Assembly (NCBI GenBank): GCA_963794525.1
Contig: CAWCEC010000002.1
Span: forward strand, 25,364 to 89,363
Length of the DNA stretch: 64,000 nt
Origin: an uncultured Chloroflexia bacterium
Lineage (GTDB): Bacteria > Chloroflexota > Limnocylindria > Limnocylindrales > CSP1-4
Direction: 5' to 3'
The notes under the pieces are model-generated. The model had not been told where the DNA came from, made no database searches, and saw nothing but the letters and a program-made list of their open reading frames with translations. A program made the translations under genes and the position numbers. This document shows positions 38,515-46,649 of the stretch, in pieces. Within the stretch, counting starts at the first letter, position 1; each line of letters opens with the position of its first letter.

Positions 38515-38907
38515 TCAGGCGGGCGGTTCCTCGTCGCTGTGGACGGCAAGGATGTTGCCGGCCGGGTCGCGGAACCAGGCGATCGTCGGGCCGCCACCAC
38601 CGCGGGCGATGCCCTTCTCGTCCTGATCGAAGCCGTCGAAGCGCGCCATCTGGACGCCCGATCGGGTGAGCTCGTCGACCGCCGCGTCGACATCGGGGAC
38701 CGGGAAGTTCAGCACGGTGTAGGTGGCCGGCACGAAGTCGTCCTTCGAATAGATCAGGACGCGCTTGTCGCCGCCGAGCCGAAGCTCGAGCAGGCCTCCG
38801 TCGTACATCTCCTCGACCTTGATGCCGAGGGTATCTCCGTAGAACTTCTTCTCGGCCGCGATGTCCTTCGCGGCGAAGCTCGAATAGCTGTGGGTCGTGG
38901 GCAACAT
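38515..38907 (-). CDS. VOC-family (glyoxalase-like) protein
   Basis: ORF 38515..39051 trimmed to ATG 38907, with GGAGG 7 nt upstream. FYGDTLGIKV...WFRDPAGNILAV. Confidence 0.82.
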   Translation of the reverse strand: MLPTTHSYSSFAAKDIAAEKKFYGDTLGIKVEEMYDGGLLELRLGGDKRVLIYSKDDFVPATYTVLNFPVPDVDAAVDELTRSGVQMARFDGFDQDEKGIARGGGGPTIAWFRDPAGNILAVHSDEEPPA

Positions 38908-38993
38908 GAACGACCTCCATTTCGTCGCCTTGCATGGTTGGGTGTGGAACGTTACGGCGGCATCAACGTCGCGGCCGTTCGCGCTTCGGTGCT

Positions 38994-40044
38994 CTAGGCG
39001 CCTGTCTCGGTCACCACGACCAGTTTGTCCACCGCGGACTCGGCGCCCCACAGCTCACCGGGCCTGCCCAGCAGCTGGCGTACGGCAGCGTCCGGGCTCG
39101 GCAGCTCGATCGCGTCGAAGCGCTCGGTCGCTGGGTCGAACCGCACGATCGCGTTGGCGCCGAAGTCGGTCAGCCACACGATGTCGCGTTCATCGACGTA
39201 CACGGCGTAGGCCTGCGGGCCATCGCCGGGCAGCTTACTCTCCTCCCATTCGCCGGTCGCGGGGTCGTGGACGCCGACCTGGCCGGCATTCCACTCCGCT
39301 GACCCAGATCCGACCTGTCGAGTCGGACCAGACACGGCGGGCGCCCTGGCCACTGGTCGGGGGTTCGACGACCTGAGCTTCGCCTGTCGACCGGTCGATG
39401 TGTGCGATATGGCTGCCGGCGAGCGACGCGTACCAGATCTCGCCGGCGGGCGTGGCGGCGATGCCGTACGGGCCGCGACCATCGGGGTCATCGAAGACCT
39501 TCATCTCACCGGTCTCAGGGTCCACGCGGCCGTAGATGCCGGATTGTCCGGTGAACCACAGGATCCCGTCGCCATCGAAGGCCGCGGTGTTCAGGTTGGC
39601 GCCCGGACGATCGGCCGGAAGCGGGAACGCCGTGACCTCATCCGTGGCCGGATCCACGCGGACGATCGCGTTGCGGCCACCATCGGTGATCCACGGGGCG
39701 CCGTCCGGCCCGACGATCACGCCGTGCGGCGCTGAGCCGCTGCCGAGCGGGATCTCGCGGATCGTCCCCGTGGCGGGATCGAGGTGGCCGAGTGTGCCCA
39801 CATGCTGGCCCGTGTACCAGACGCCGCCGTCGGCAGCCGGCGCGACGTCGTGCGGATGCGACCCGGCGGGCACGTCGAATTCGCGGATGGCGAGCGTCGG
39901 GGGCTCCGCGGGAGCCGATGTGGCCGGGACCTCCGTGGCGGGCGCCGTCGAACCACTCGCGGTCGGTGCCGTACTGGGGGCGGGACTCGGGCTGCTGGCC
40001 GGCGCGCAGGCAACGAGGACAAGGAGCACTGTCGTCACGAACAC
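38994..40044 (-). pseudogene. Vgb-like (virginiamycin B lyase family) beta-propeller lipoprotein, frame break ~39300
   Basis: ORF 39235..40044 (signal VLLVLVACAP; repeated PHG/PYGI...GPDG..W.T blades) continues in ORF 38994..39491 (RVWSDSTGRIWVSEWNAGQVGVHDPATGEW...). ATG 40060 (MAR) may be the true start after one more indel. Confidence 0.72.
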
Positions 40045-40135
40045 CAGGAGGCCGCGCCATCTGGGTCAGTCTGGCACGAAGAAGCCGAGCGCCCTGTCGG
40101 ACGCTCGGCTCCCCTGCGCGGGAGGATCAGGAGGA

Positions 40136-40264
40136 TCAGGCGATGGTCGAGCGGTGCCAGTCGTCGCCGATGCGATCGCGCGAGTCGCTGCCCTTGCGGA
40201 GTGCCGCGACGTCGAGGAGGACCAGGCTGGCCAAGACGGTGATGATGATCGTGAGGAGTTCCAT
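40136..40264 (-). CDS. 42-aa hydrophobic peptide divergent from the MocR-type regulator
   Basis: Last 42 codons of antisense ORF 40136..41332: MELLTIIITVLASLVLLDVAALRKGSDSRDRIGDDWHRSTIA. AGGAGA 6 nt upstream of ATG 40264. One TM. Confidence 0.45.
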   Translation of the reverse strand: MELLTIIITVLASLVLLDVAALRKGSDSRDRIGDDWHRSTIA

Positions 40265-40348
40265 GTCGCTCTCCTGGATGAAGGGTCTTCGTCGAGTTCG
40301 TTGGCACCATGGTGACGCCAGACTGGTCATCTGGTAAGGTCCGCTTCG

Positions 40349-41755
40349 ATGCCCAGAACGAGGACCAGATTCCCGACGGAGCTGCTCGTCGAGCTCCGCA
40401 AGGACGATCCACTGCCCCTCCATCGACAGCTCGAACAGGAGCTGCGTGGCGCGATCCGCGTGGGGCGGCTGGCGCCCGACTCGCCGCTTCCGTCGACGCG
40501 GGTCCTCGCCGAGCAGCTCGACCTGTCGCGCGGCGTGGTCGTCGAGGCCTACGAGCAATTGGTTGCCGAGGGCTACCTCACGAGCCTGCCGGGCGGTGCC
40601 ACACGGGTCGCCACGCGTGCCACCGTCCCGACGCCCGAGCGCCCGGCACCCGCTCGGGCACCTGAGATCCGGATCAACTTCGCCTACGGCCGCCCGGACG
40701 TCTCGCAGTTCCCGCGCCAGGTCTGGCTGCGGTCGATGCGACGCGTGCTCATCGAGGCGCCCAACGATCGCCTGACCTACCTGGACCGCCGCGGCGCGGA
40801 GGAGCTCCGAGAGGCGCTCGCCGAGTATCTCGATCGGGTGCGTGGCACGCACGCGAATGCCGAGCGCATCGTGATCTGCAACGGCTTCGCTCAGGCGATC
40901 GACCTCATCGTCCAGCTGGTCAAGGCCCGCGGCGGTCGACGGATCGCGGTCGAAGATCCGGGCGACTTCGACGGGCGGACCGCGGTACATCGACACGGGC
41001 TGGAGACCATCCCGATCCCGGTCGATACGGGTGGCATCTCGATCGACGCGCTTCGCCGCTCGGACGCCGATGCGGCCTTCCTGACGCCGGCGCATCACTA
41101 CCCGACCGGCGCCGTGATGGCCCCCGATCGCCGCGCCGACCTGCTGGCCTGGGCCGACGAGCGTCGCGCGCTGATCCTCGAGGACGACTACGACGCGGAA
41201 TACCGCTACGACCGGGAGCCGATCGGCGCGATCCACGGGCTCGCGCCCGAGCGGGTCATCTATGCCGGTTCGGCGAGCAAGACGCTCGCTCCGGGTCTCC
41301 GGCTGGGCTGGATGATCGTGCCGGCCGAACATGTCGACGCAGTAGGGGCCCTGAAGGACGCCAATGACCGCGGGTCATCGAGCCTCGACCAGCTGGCGTT
41401 CGCCGACTTCCTGTCACGCGGCGAGTTCGACCGGCACCTCCGGCGAATGCGACCGATCTACCGCGAGCGCCGCGACGCGCTGCTCGAGGCGTTGGCGCGG
41501 CACCTGCCGGAGCTCCGACCGACCGGTGCATCGGCCGGGTTGCACGTCATGGCGCGACTGCCGGATGGCGTCGACGAAGCGGCCCTCATCGAGGCTGCCC
41601 TGGCGCGCGGCGTCAAGGTCACGGGGCTATCCCACACGTATCACGATGCGAGCAGGGCGCCGGGTGGGTTGATCCTTGGCTACGGCACCGTCACGCCCAG
41701 CGAGATCCATCAGGGCGTGCGGCTCGTGGCTGAGGCGCTCGCGACGCTCGACTGA
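40349..41755 (+). CDS. MocR/GabR-type regulator (GntR wHTH fused to a fold-type-I aminotransferase domain)
   Basis: ORF 40349..41755. LPSTRVLAEQLDLSRGVVVEAYEQLVAEGYL HTH. The aminotransferase-like domain has the SASKTLAPGLRLGW PLP-lysine motif. Confidence 0.9.
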   Translation: MPRTRTRFPTELLVELRKDDPLPLHRQLEQELRGAIRVGRLAPDSPLPSTRVLAEQLDLSRGVVVEAYEQLVAEGYLTSLPGGATRVATRATVPTPERPAPARAPEIRINFAYGRPDVSQFPRQVWLRSMRRVLIEAPNDRLTYLDRRGAEELREALAEYLDRVRGTHANAERIVICNGFAQAIDLIVQLVKARGGRRIAVEDPGDFDGRTAVHRHGLETIPIPVDTGGISIDALRRSDADAAFLTPAHHYPTGAVMAPDRRADLLAWADERRALILEDDYDAEYRYDREPIGAIHGLAPERVIYAGSASKTLAPGLRLGWMIVPAEHVDAVGALKDANDRGSSSLDQLAFADFLSRGEFDRHLRRMRPIYRERRDALLEALARHLPELRPTGASAGLHVMARLPDGVDEAALIEAALARGVKVTGLSHTYHDASRAPGGLILGYGTVTPSEIHQGVRLVAEALATLD

Positions 41756-41940
41756 GGGCGGATCCCGCGGGTCAGCGCCCGGCGGATCCGGCGCAGCGGC
41801 GACTCGGTGGGCCGGGCGGCTCGGGCGGCTCGGGCGGCTCGGGCGGCGCGAGCCTCGCGGATGAGCCGCCAGTTCGCGGCCTCGCGGAGCCGCTCGGCCT
41901 GGATCTCATCGGCTCGAAGCTGCAGGTAGGACTCGTACAT
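41710..41940 (-). CDS. small Arg/Ala-rich hypothetical protein containing an (ARA)n repeat
   Basis: ATG 41940 with GGAGG 8 nt upstream: MYESYLQLRADEIQAERLREAANWRLIREARAARAARAARAAR... The 3' end overlaps the convergent MocR gene by 46 nt, so the tail may be mis-framed. Confidence 0.45.
   Translation of the reverse strand: MYESYLQLRADEIQAERLREAANWRLIREARAARAARAARAARPTESPLRRIRRALTRGIRPQSSVASASATSRTP
41814..41849. repeat. 4 x 9-bp tandem repeat (GGGCGGCTC)
   Basis: Units at 41814, 41823 and 41832 are perfect; the unit at 41841 is GGGCGGCGC. Encodes ARAARAARAAR on the minus strand. Confidence 0.9.
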
Positions 41941-42084
41941 CGGGATGACCTCCGTGTTGGTGTCGTGGAGGTAGCATCGTGCCAAACCGGACCGTTGGAC
42001 AGGTCCGGTTCATGTGGTCGCGTGGGGGCCAGAATGGTTGGCGTGCCACCCGGTGACTGAACGGACGGCTGAACGTCCGCTGGG

Positions 42085-42372
42085 CCTGTCCCGCCCGTCG
42101 TTTCGGTCGTGGGGTGATTGGGGCGACGGCTACGCCGCGACGGGCGGCCGTTCGTTCGTCGGTTCGGTCATGGGGTGACCGAAGGGCGTGCCTGTGCCGG
42201 CCGGTGGGACACACGACCGACGAGATGCGCTCCGTTGGTCGGTTGTCCCGCCCGGCGGTCCATACGACCGACGAGATGCGCTCCGATTCGTCGGTTGTCC
42301 CGCCCGGCGGGTCCATACGACCGACGAGATGCGCTCCGTTGGTCGGTTGTCCCGCCCGGTGGGAACGTGAGC
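42085..42372. repeat. intergenic tandem array of about 51-bp units related (in inverse orientation) to the 25530-25933 array
   Basis: Three well-conserved units between 42200 and 42372 (…ACGACCGACGAGATGCGCTCCGTTGGTCGGTTGTCCCGCCCGGCGG…) preceded by degenerate copies from ~42085. ACCGAC...GTCGGT and GGGACA/GGCGGG...TGTCCC/CCCGCC stems. Confidence 0.85.
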
Positions 42373-42435
42373 GTGGGCGCGGATGCGCCCCGAGCCTATC
42401 GAGGGCCCGGGGCGCGGTTTGTTCGAGGGAGTCGA

Positions 42436-43227
42436 TCAGCGGGCGAAGAACTCGGCCAGGGCGGGTCCCAGCACCGCCGGATCGACGTTGTGCTCCTGGC
42501 CCTCGAGAGTCTTGACCTCGGCGCCGGGTAGCGCCTCGGCGATCGCCTGAGCTGTCGGGCCGAAGAAGTCGAAGCTGGCTGCCCCGACGAGCACGATGGT
42601 CGGCACGTTGACCCGCTTGATCGACGCGACCGGCAGTGAGTAGTCGCCCATGATCTCGGCGTCGTAGGCGAGGGTGTGGGCCAGGGCTTCCTGCCACGGC
42701 CACCATGGCTGCGTCTTCGCCGATGCGACGAACTCGTCCGGCATCCCGACGACCTTCGACATGAAGTACTCGACTGCGTCGCCGCGGCGATCCTCGGCGA
42801 CCAGCTTCCGATAGGTCGAGGCCGTGTCGGCGGGCGGCCGGCGTGCTTCGTCGAGGATCCAGGGCGGCTCCCACATCGCGAGCTTGCTGACCGGCGAACC
42901 GGCCGCCGTCGCCAGCAACGCCAGCGCAGCACCCGACGACGAGCCGTACAGCCCCGCCGAGCCACCAGCCGCACCGATGACAGCATCGATGTCCTCGATC
43001 TCGCGGTCGATCGCGTAGGGCTGGGTGTCACCTGAGGGTCCGCGGCCGCGGCGATCGTAGTTGTAGACCGTGAATTGGCCGGCCAGCTGGTCGGCGAGGC
43101 CGGCGTTCGACGAGCGGTCGACCGAGCCGCCGCTCACGAGGACGATGGGTGGACCGTCGCCCACTCGGTCGTAGGCGATCGTCGTGCCGTCCTTCGAGGT
43201 CACGTACTGGAGTGTCGTGGCGTTCAT
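42436..43227 (-). CDS. alpha/beta-fold hydrolase
   Basis: ORF 42436..43227. VLVSGG, nucleophile elbow GSSSGA, C-terminal EGQEHN (His). Confidence 0.85.
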   Translation of the reverse strand: MNATTLQYVTSKDGTTIAYDRVGDGPPIVLVSGGSVDRSSNAGLADQLAGQFTVYNYDRRGRGPSGDTQPYAIDREIEDIDAVIGAAGGSAGLYGSSSGAALALLATAAGSPVSKLAMWEPPWILDEARRPPADTASTYRKLVAEDRRGDAVEYFMSKVVGMPDEFVASAKTQPWWPWQEALAHTLAYDAEIMGDYSLPVASIKRVNVPTIVLVGAASFDFFGPTAQAIAEALPGAEVKTLEGQEHNVDPAVLGPALAEFFAR

Positions 43228-43269
43228 CGGGTCCTCCTTGTCATCGACTTCGATTGTCGCGACTTTCGG

Positions 43270-43815
43270 CTAGTCGGCGGGCGCGTAGGTCATCGCCTGC
43301 ACGCCGGTCGTGAACGTCGTCGCCCCCACGAGGCGGAGCGGGATGGGGTGCTCTTCGGTCTCGAACAGCCGCTTGCCGTGTCCGACCACGATCGGATGGA
43401 CGAGCAGGCGGAGCTCATCGAGCACTCCTGCGCGCAACAGCGATCGCACGAGGGTCGGGCTACCGGTGATGGAGATGGCCTTGCCGGGCTGCTCCTTGAG
43501 CCGCTTGAGTGCCTCCACGACGTCACCCTCGATGAGCGTGGAGTTCTGCCACGCGACCGACGTGAGCGTCGTCGAGGCCACGAGCTTCGGCGTACCGTTC
43601 ATGACGTCGGCAAATGGCTCCTCGCTCGACTGGCTCGGCCAGAACGCGGCGAATTCCTCGTACGTGTTGCGGCCGAGGAGCATGGTGTCGGCGGCCTCGG
43701 CCTGGGCGGTCACGGCCTCCCCCATCTCGTCGTTGAAGTATGGGAAGTGCCAGGTCTCCGGTGCCTCGACGACGCCGTCGAGGGAGATGAAGAGTCCGGC
43801 GATGATCTTGCGCAT
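43270..43815 (-). CDS. dihydrofolate-reductase-like (RibD C-terminal domain) family protein
   Basis: ORF 43270..43866 trimmed to ATG 43815 (AAGGAG upstream). MRKIIAGLFISLDGVVE...LLGRNTYEEF...ITGSPTLVRSLL...LVHPIVVGHGKRLF. Confidence 0.88.
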   Translation of the reverse strand: MRKIIAGLFISLDGVVEAPETWHFPYFNDEMGEAVTAQAEAADTMLLGRNTYEEFAAFWPSQSSEEPFADVMNGTPKLVASTTLTSVAWQNSTLIEGDVVEALKRLKEQPGKAISITGSPTLVRSLLRAGVLDELRLLVHPIVVGHGKRLFETEEHPIPLRLVGATTFTTGVQAMTYAPAD

Positions 43816-43988
43816 TGCTTGGCGCTCCTTGTGGTTCCGGGCGGTCCTTGTCGGGTCCGTCACCATGCAGTCGGAGCCGCCGGACGGTTCTCGACATCGA
43901 TCTCAACGAAAATGTCGAGACTCGCTCCACGGCCACGACCTTCCTGTGACGGGCCCACGAGTGGCCCGCGCGCGCAAGGAGTCCCACG

Positions 43989-44339
43989 GTGAAGTACGTG
44001 CTCTTGATCCATTCCGATATCGCGTTCTGGGAGTCCCTCCCGAAGGAGGACACGGACCGCGTGCTCGGCAACCATTTCAAGCTGATGGACGAGCTGAGGG
44101 CGTCCGGCGAGCTGATCCGGGTCGACGGCCTCGCGCACGACCGCACGTTCGTCGAATTCCGCGACGGCGCCCCGGCGGTCACCGACGGCCCGTTCGGCGA
44201 GGTCAAGGAGCAGCTGGCCGGCGTGTTCGTGGTCGATGTCGATAGCTTCGAGCGGGCCAAGGAGGTCGCAGGTCCGATCTCCGAGTACGGCGTGGTCGAG
44301 ATCCGCGCGCTGATGGAGGACGCCGGGACGGAGATGTGA
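43989..44339 (+). CDS. YciI-family protein
   Basis: ORF 43989..44339 (GTG start). MKYVLLIH...TDGPFGEVKEQLAGVFVVDVDSFERA. Stop overlaps the next start. Confidence 0.85.
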   Translation: MKYVLLIHSDIAFWESLPKEDTDRVLGNHFKLMDELRASGELIRVDGLAHDRTFVEFRDGAPAVTDGPFGEVKEQLAGVFVVDVDSFERAKEVAGPISEYGVVEIRALMEDAGTEM

Positions 44340-45583
44340 CGACCGAGATCGCCATCGAGGAGCTGCTCCGACAGCTCGCGCCGCAGGTCCTCGCAGCGCT
44401 GACGCGGCGAAACGGGCACTTCGACCTGTGCGAGGACGCCGTCCAGGAGGCGTTGCTGGCGGCCGCGCAGCAATGGCCCGCGGACGGCATCCCGGACAAC
44501 CCGCGCGGCTGGCTGATCACGGTCGCCTCGCGACGACTGCTCGACCAACTGCGTGGCGATACGGCGCGGGAGCGGCGCGAGACGGCCGCCATCGCGCTCA
44601 TGCCACCCGAGGCGTGGCAGGTCCCCGCTCCGGACAGCGACGCGATCCCGGAGCACGAGGACGACGCGCTGACGCTGCTGTTCCTGTGCTGCCACCCGTC
44701 CCTGTCGCCCGCCTCCCAGCTTGCCCTGACGCTCCGGGCGGTCGGCGGCCTGACGACGGCCCAGGTGGCCGCGGCGTTCTTCGTGCCGGAGGCGACGATG
44801 GCCCAGCGCATCAGCCGCGCGAAGGCCACGATCAAGGCTGCGGGGGCACGGTTCGAGCTGCCCCCTGATGCCGAGCGCGCCGATCGCCTGCGAGTCGTCC
44901 TCCATGTGCTGTACCTCATGTTCAACGAGGGCTACACCGCCTCGTCCGGTGACGATCTGCAGCGGCCGGAGCTCGCCGCGGAGGCGATCCGGCTGACTCG
45001 CGACCTGCGGCAGCGACTCCCCGGGGACGCCGAGGTCGCCGGGCTGCTGGCACTCATGCTGCTGACCGATGCGCGGCGGCCGGCACGAGCTCTGACCGAC
45101 GGCAGCCTCGTGCCGCTCGCGGAGCAGGATCGCTCGTGCTGGGACGCCGGCCTGATCCGGGAAGGCGTCGACCTGATCACCGCGACCCTTCCCCTCGGCG
45201 CGATCGGTCCGTACCAGCTCCAGGCGGCGATCGCCGCGATCCACGATGAGGCGCCGCGAGCCGAGGACACCGACTGGCCCCAGATCCTGAGCCTCTACCG
45301 GCTCCTGGAGCAGATGTCGTCGAACCCGATGATCACGCTCAACCACGCCGTCGCGGCGGCGATGGTGAACGGGCCTGCGTCAGGCCTCCGGATGCTCGCC
45401 TCGCTCGAGGACGATGCGCGGATCGCGCGGCACCACCGGCTCGAGGCGGTCCGAGCCCATCTCCTGGAGATGGCCGGGGACCGCGAGGCCGCACGAGCCG
45501 CCTATCGACTCGCCGCGCGGCGGACGACCAGCCTGCCGGAGAAGCGCTATCTCGAACTGCGGGCTTCCCGCCTCACGGTGTGA
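44336..45583 (+). CDS. sigma-70/ECF-like sigma factor with long C-terminal helical (TPR-like) domain, YciI-associated type
   Basis: ORF 44336..45583. Region 2 (EDAVQEALLAAAQQWP), region 4 (LTLRAVGGLTTAQVAAAFFVPEATMAQRISRAK) and a ~200-aa C-terminal extension. Confidence 0.82.
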   Translation: MTTEIAIEELLRQLAPQVLAALTRRNGHFDLCEDAVQEALLAAAQQWPADGIPDNPRGWLITVASRRLLDQLRGDTARERRETAAIALMPPEAWQVPAPDSDAIPEHEDDALTLLFLCCHPSLSPASQLALTLRAVGGLTTAQVAAAFFVPEATMAQRISRAKATIKAAGARFELPPDAERADRLRVVLHVLYLMFNEGYTASSGDDLQRPELAAEAIRLTRDLRQRLPGDAEVAGLLALMLLTDARRPARALTDGSLVPLAEQDRSCWDAGLIREGVDLITATLPLGAIGPYQLQAAIAAIHDEAPRAEDTDWPQILSLYRLLEQMSSNPMITLNHAVAAAMVNGPASGLRMLASLEDDARIARHHRLEAVRAHLLEMAGDREAARAAYRLAARRTTSLPEKRYLELRASRLTV

Positions 45584-45595
45584 GGCCGCCGCGGA

Positions 45596-46573
45596 TCACT
45601 GGACGGTGACGCCGCCGACCATCCCCAGCGCAGCGTGCGGTTTGCCGCTCGCGGGATCCGGCACGAAGCAGATGAACGCGTACTCGCCCGCTTCGACATC
45701 GATCTCCATGGTGGCCGACGTACCGGTCGCGATCGCGGCGATCCCGCCGGCGCTCGTCCAGGGCGGCGGGCCACTCGGCGGCTCGGTCGACGTGAAGAAC
45801 TGGACGACCTGCTCGGCGGTCGTCCCGTCGTTGAGCTTCACGAGAGTCGCCTCGTGCGGCTGGGGGCCGGCGTTGGTCACTGCGACGATGTGCTCGCCTG
45901 GGGTAAGCGTCGTGAGACCGACATACGCCATGTCCTGGAGCGTCACCTCGGCGTCGCCGGCGGGCAGCGGCACGTCGGCGGCGGTACCGGTCACCTCGAG
46001 CTGACCGACCATGCCCTTCGCCAGGTGCGGGACGCCGTCAGGCGACTCGATGAAGCACAGGAACGCATGAGTCCCAGGCTGGAGGTCGACAGTCGTTGCC
46101 ACCGACGCGCCCGGCACGACACCCGTCGGCCCACCGCTGAACGTGAAGAGGGCGAAGGCGGCGTTGGGATCGGGTCCCTGGAGGGCGGCTGTCAGATCCT
46201 CGAACGTATTGCCCTCGTTGAGGCGGACGATCTGCGCCTGGTGCTCCTCTTGCCCGGTGTTATTGACGGTCACGCGCGTCGGCCCGGCGCCGGTCTCGGC
46301 CGGTGCGGCGAACGCAAAGTCGCTGGCCTCGATCTCGAGCTCGCCGACCTCACCGGCCGCAGTCGCCGATGGCGACGCTTCCTCGCTCGGTGACTCGCTG
46401 GCCTCCGGGCTCGCCGACTCGCTCGGCTCCGTGCTCGCCGAAGCGGCAGGGCTCGACGTGGCCCCCGGCTGGCCGTCGCGCGGCATCAGTAGGAAGATCC
46501 CCACCAGTGCGATGGCCGCGATCACCGCGATGGCGAGGCCCTGAGTGGTGCGCGAGCGCGGTTCGACGGTCAT
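45596..46573 (-). CDS. membrane-anchored protein with two cupredoxin-like (type-1-copper-like) domains
   Basis: ORF 45596..46573. N-terminal TM and a Ser/Glu/Pro linker. Two repeats each carry H...C-x8-H-x4-M: EEHQAQIV...HAFLCFIESPDGVPHLAKGM and QPHEATLV...YAFICFVPDPASGKPHAALGM. Confidence 0.7.
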   Translation of the reverse strand: MTVEPRSRTTQGLAIAVIAAIALVGIFLLMPRDGQPGATSSPAASASTEPSESASPEASESPSEEASPSATAAGEVGELEIEASDFAFAAPAETGAGPTRVTVNNTGQEEHQAQIVRLNEGNTFEDLTAALQGPDPNAAFALFTFSGGPTGVVPGASVATTVDLQPGTHAFLCFIESPDGVPHLAKGMVGQLEVTGTAADVPLPAGDAEVTLQDMAYVGLTTLTPGEHIVAVTNAGPQPHEATLVKLNDGTTAEQVVQFFTSTEPPSGPPPWTSAGGIAAIATGTSATMEIDVEAGEYAFICFVPDPASGKPHAALGMVGGVTVQ

Positions 46574-46649
46574 GGTTCACCTCCGCAGGTGAGTCATCGT
46601 GCTGGCCCGGTCATCACGCGAGGGCATAACGCGCCGACGGCGTGATGTA

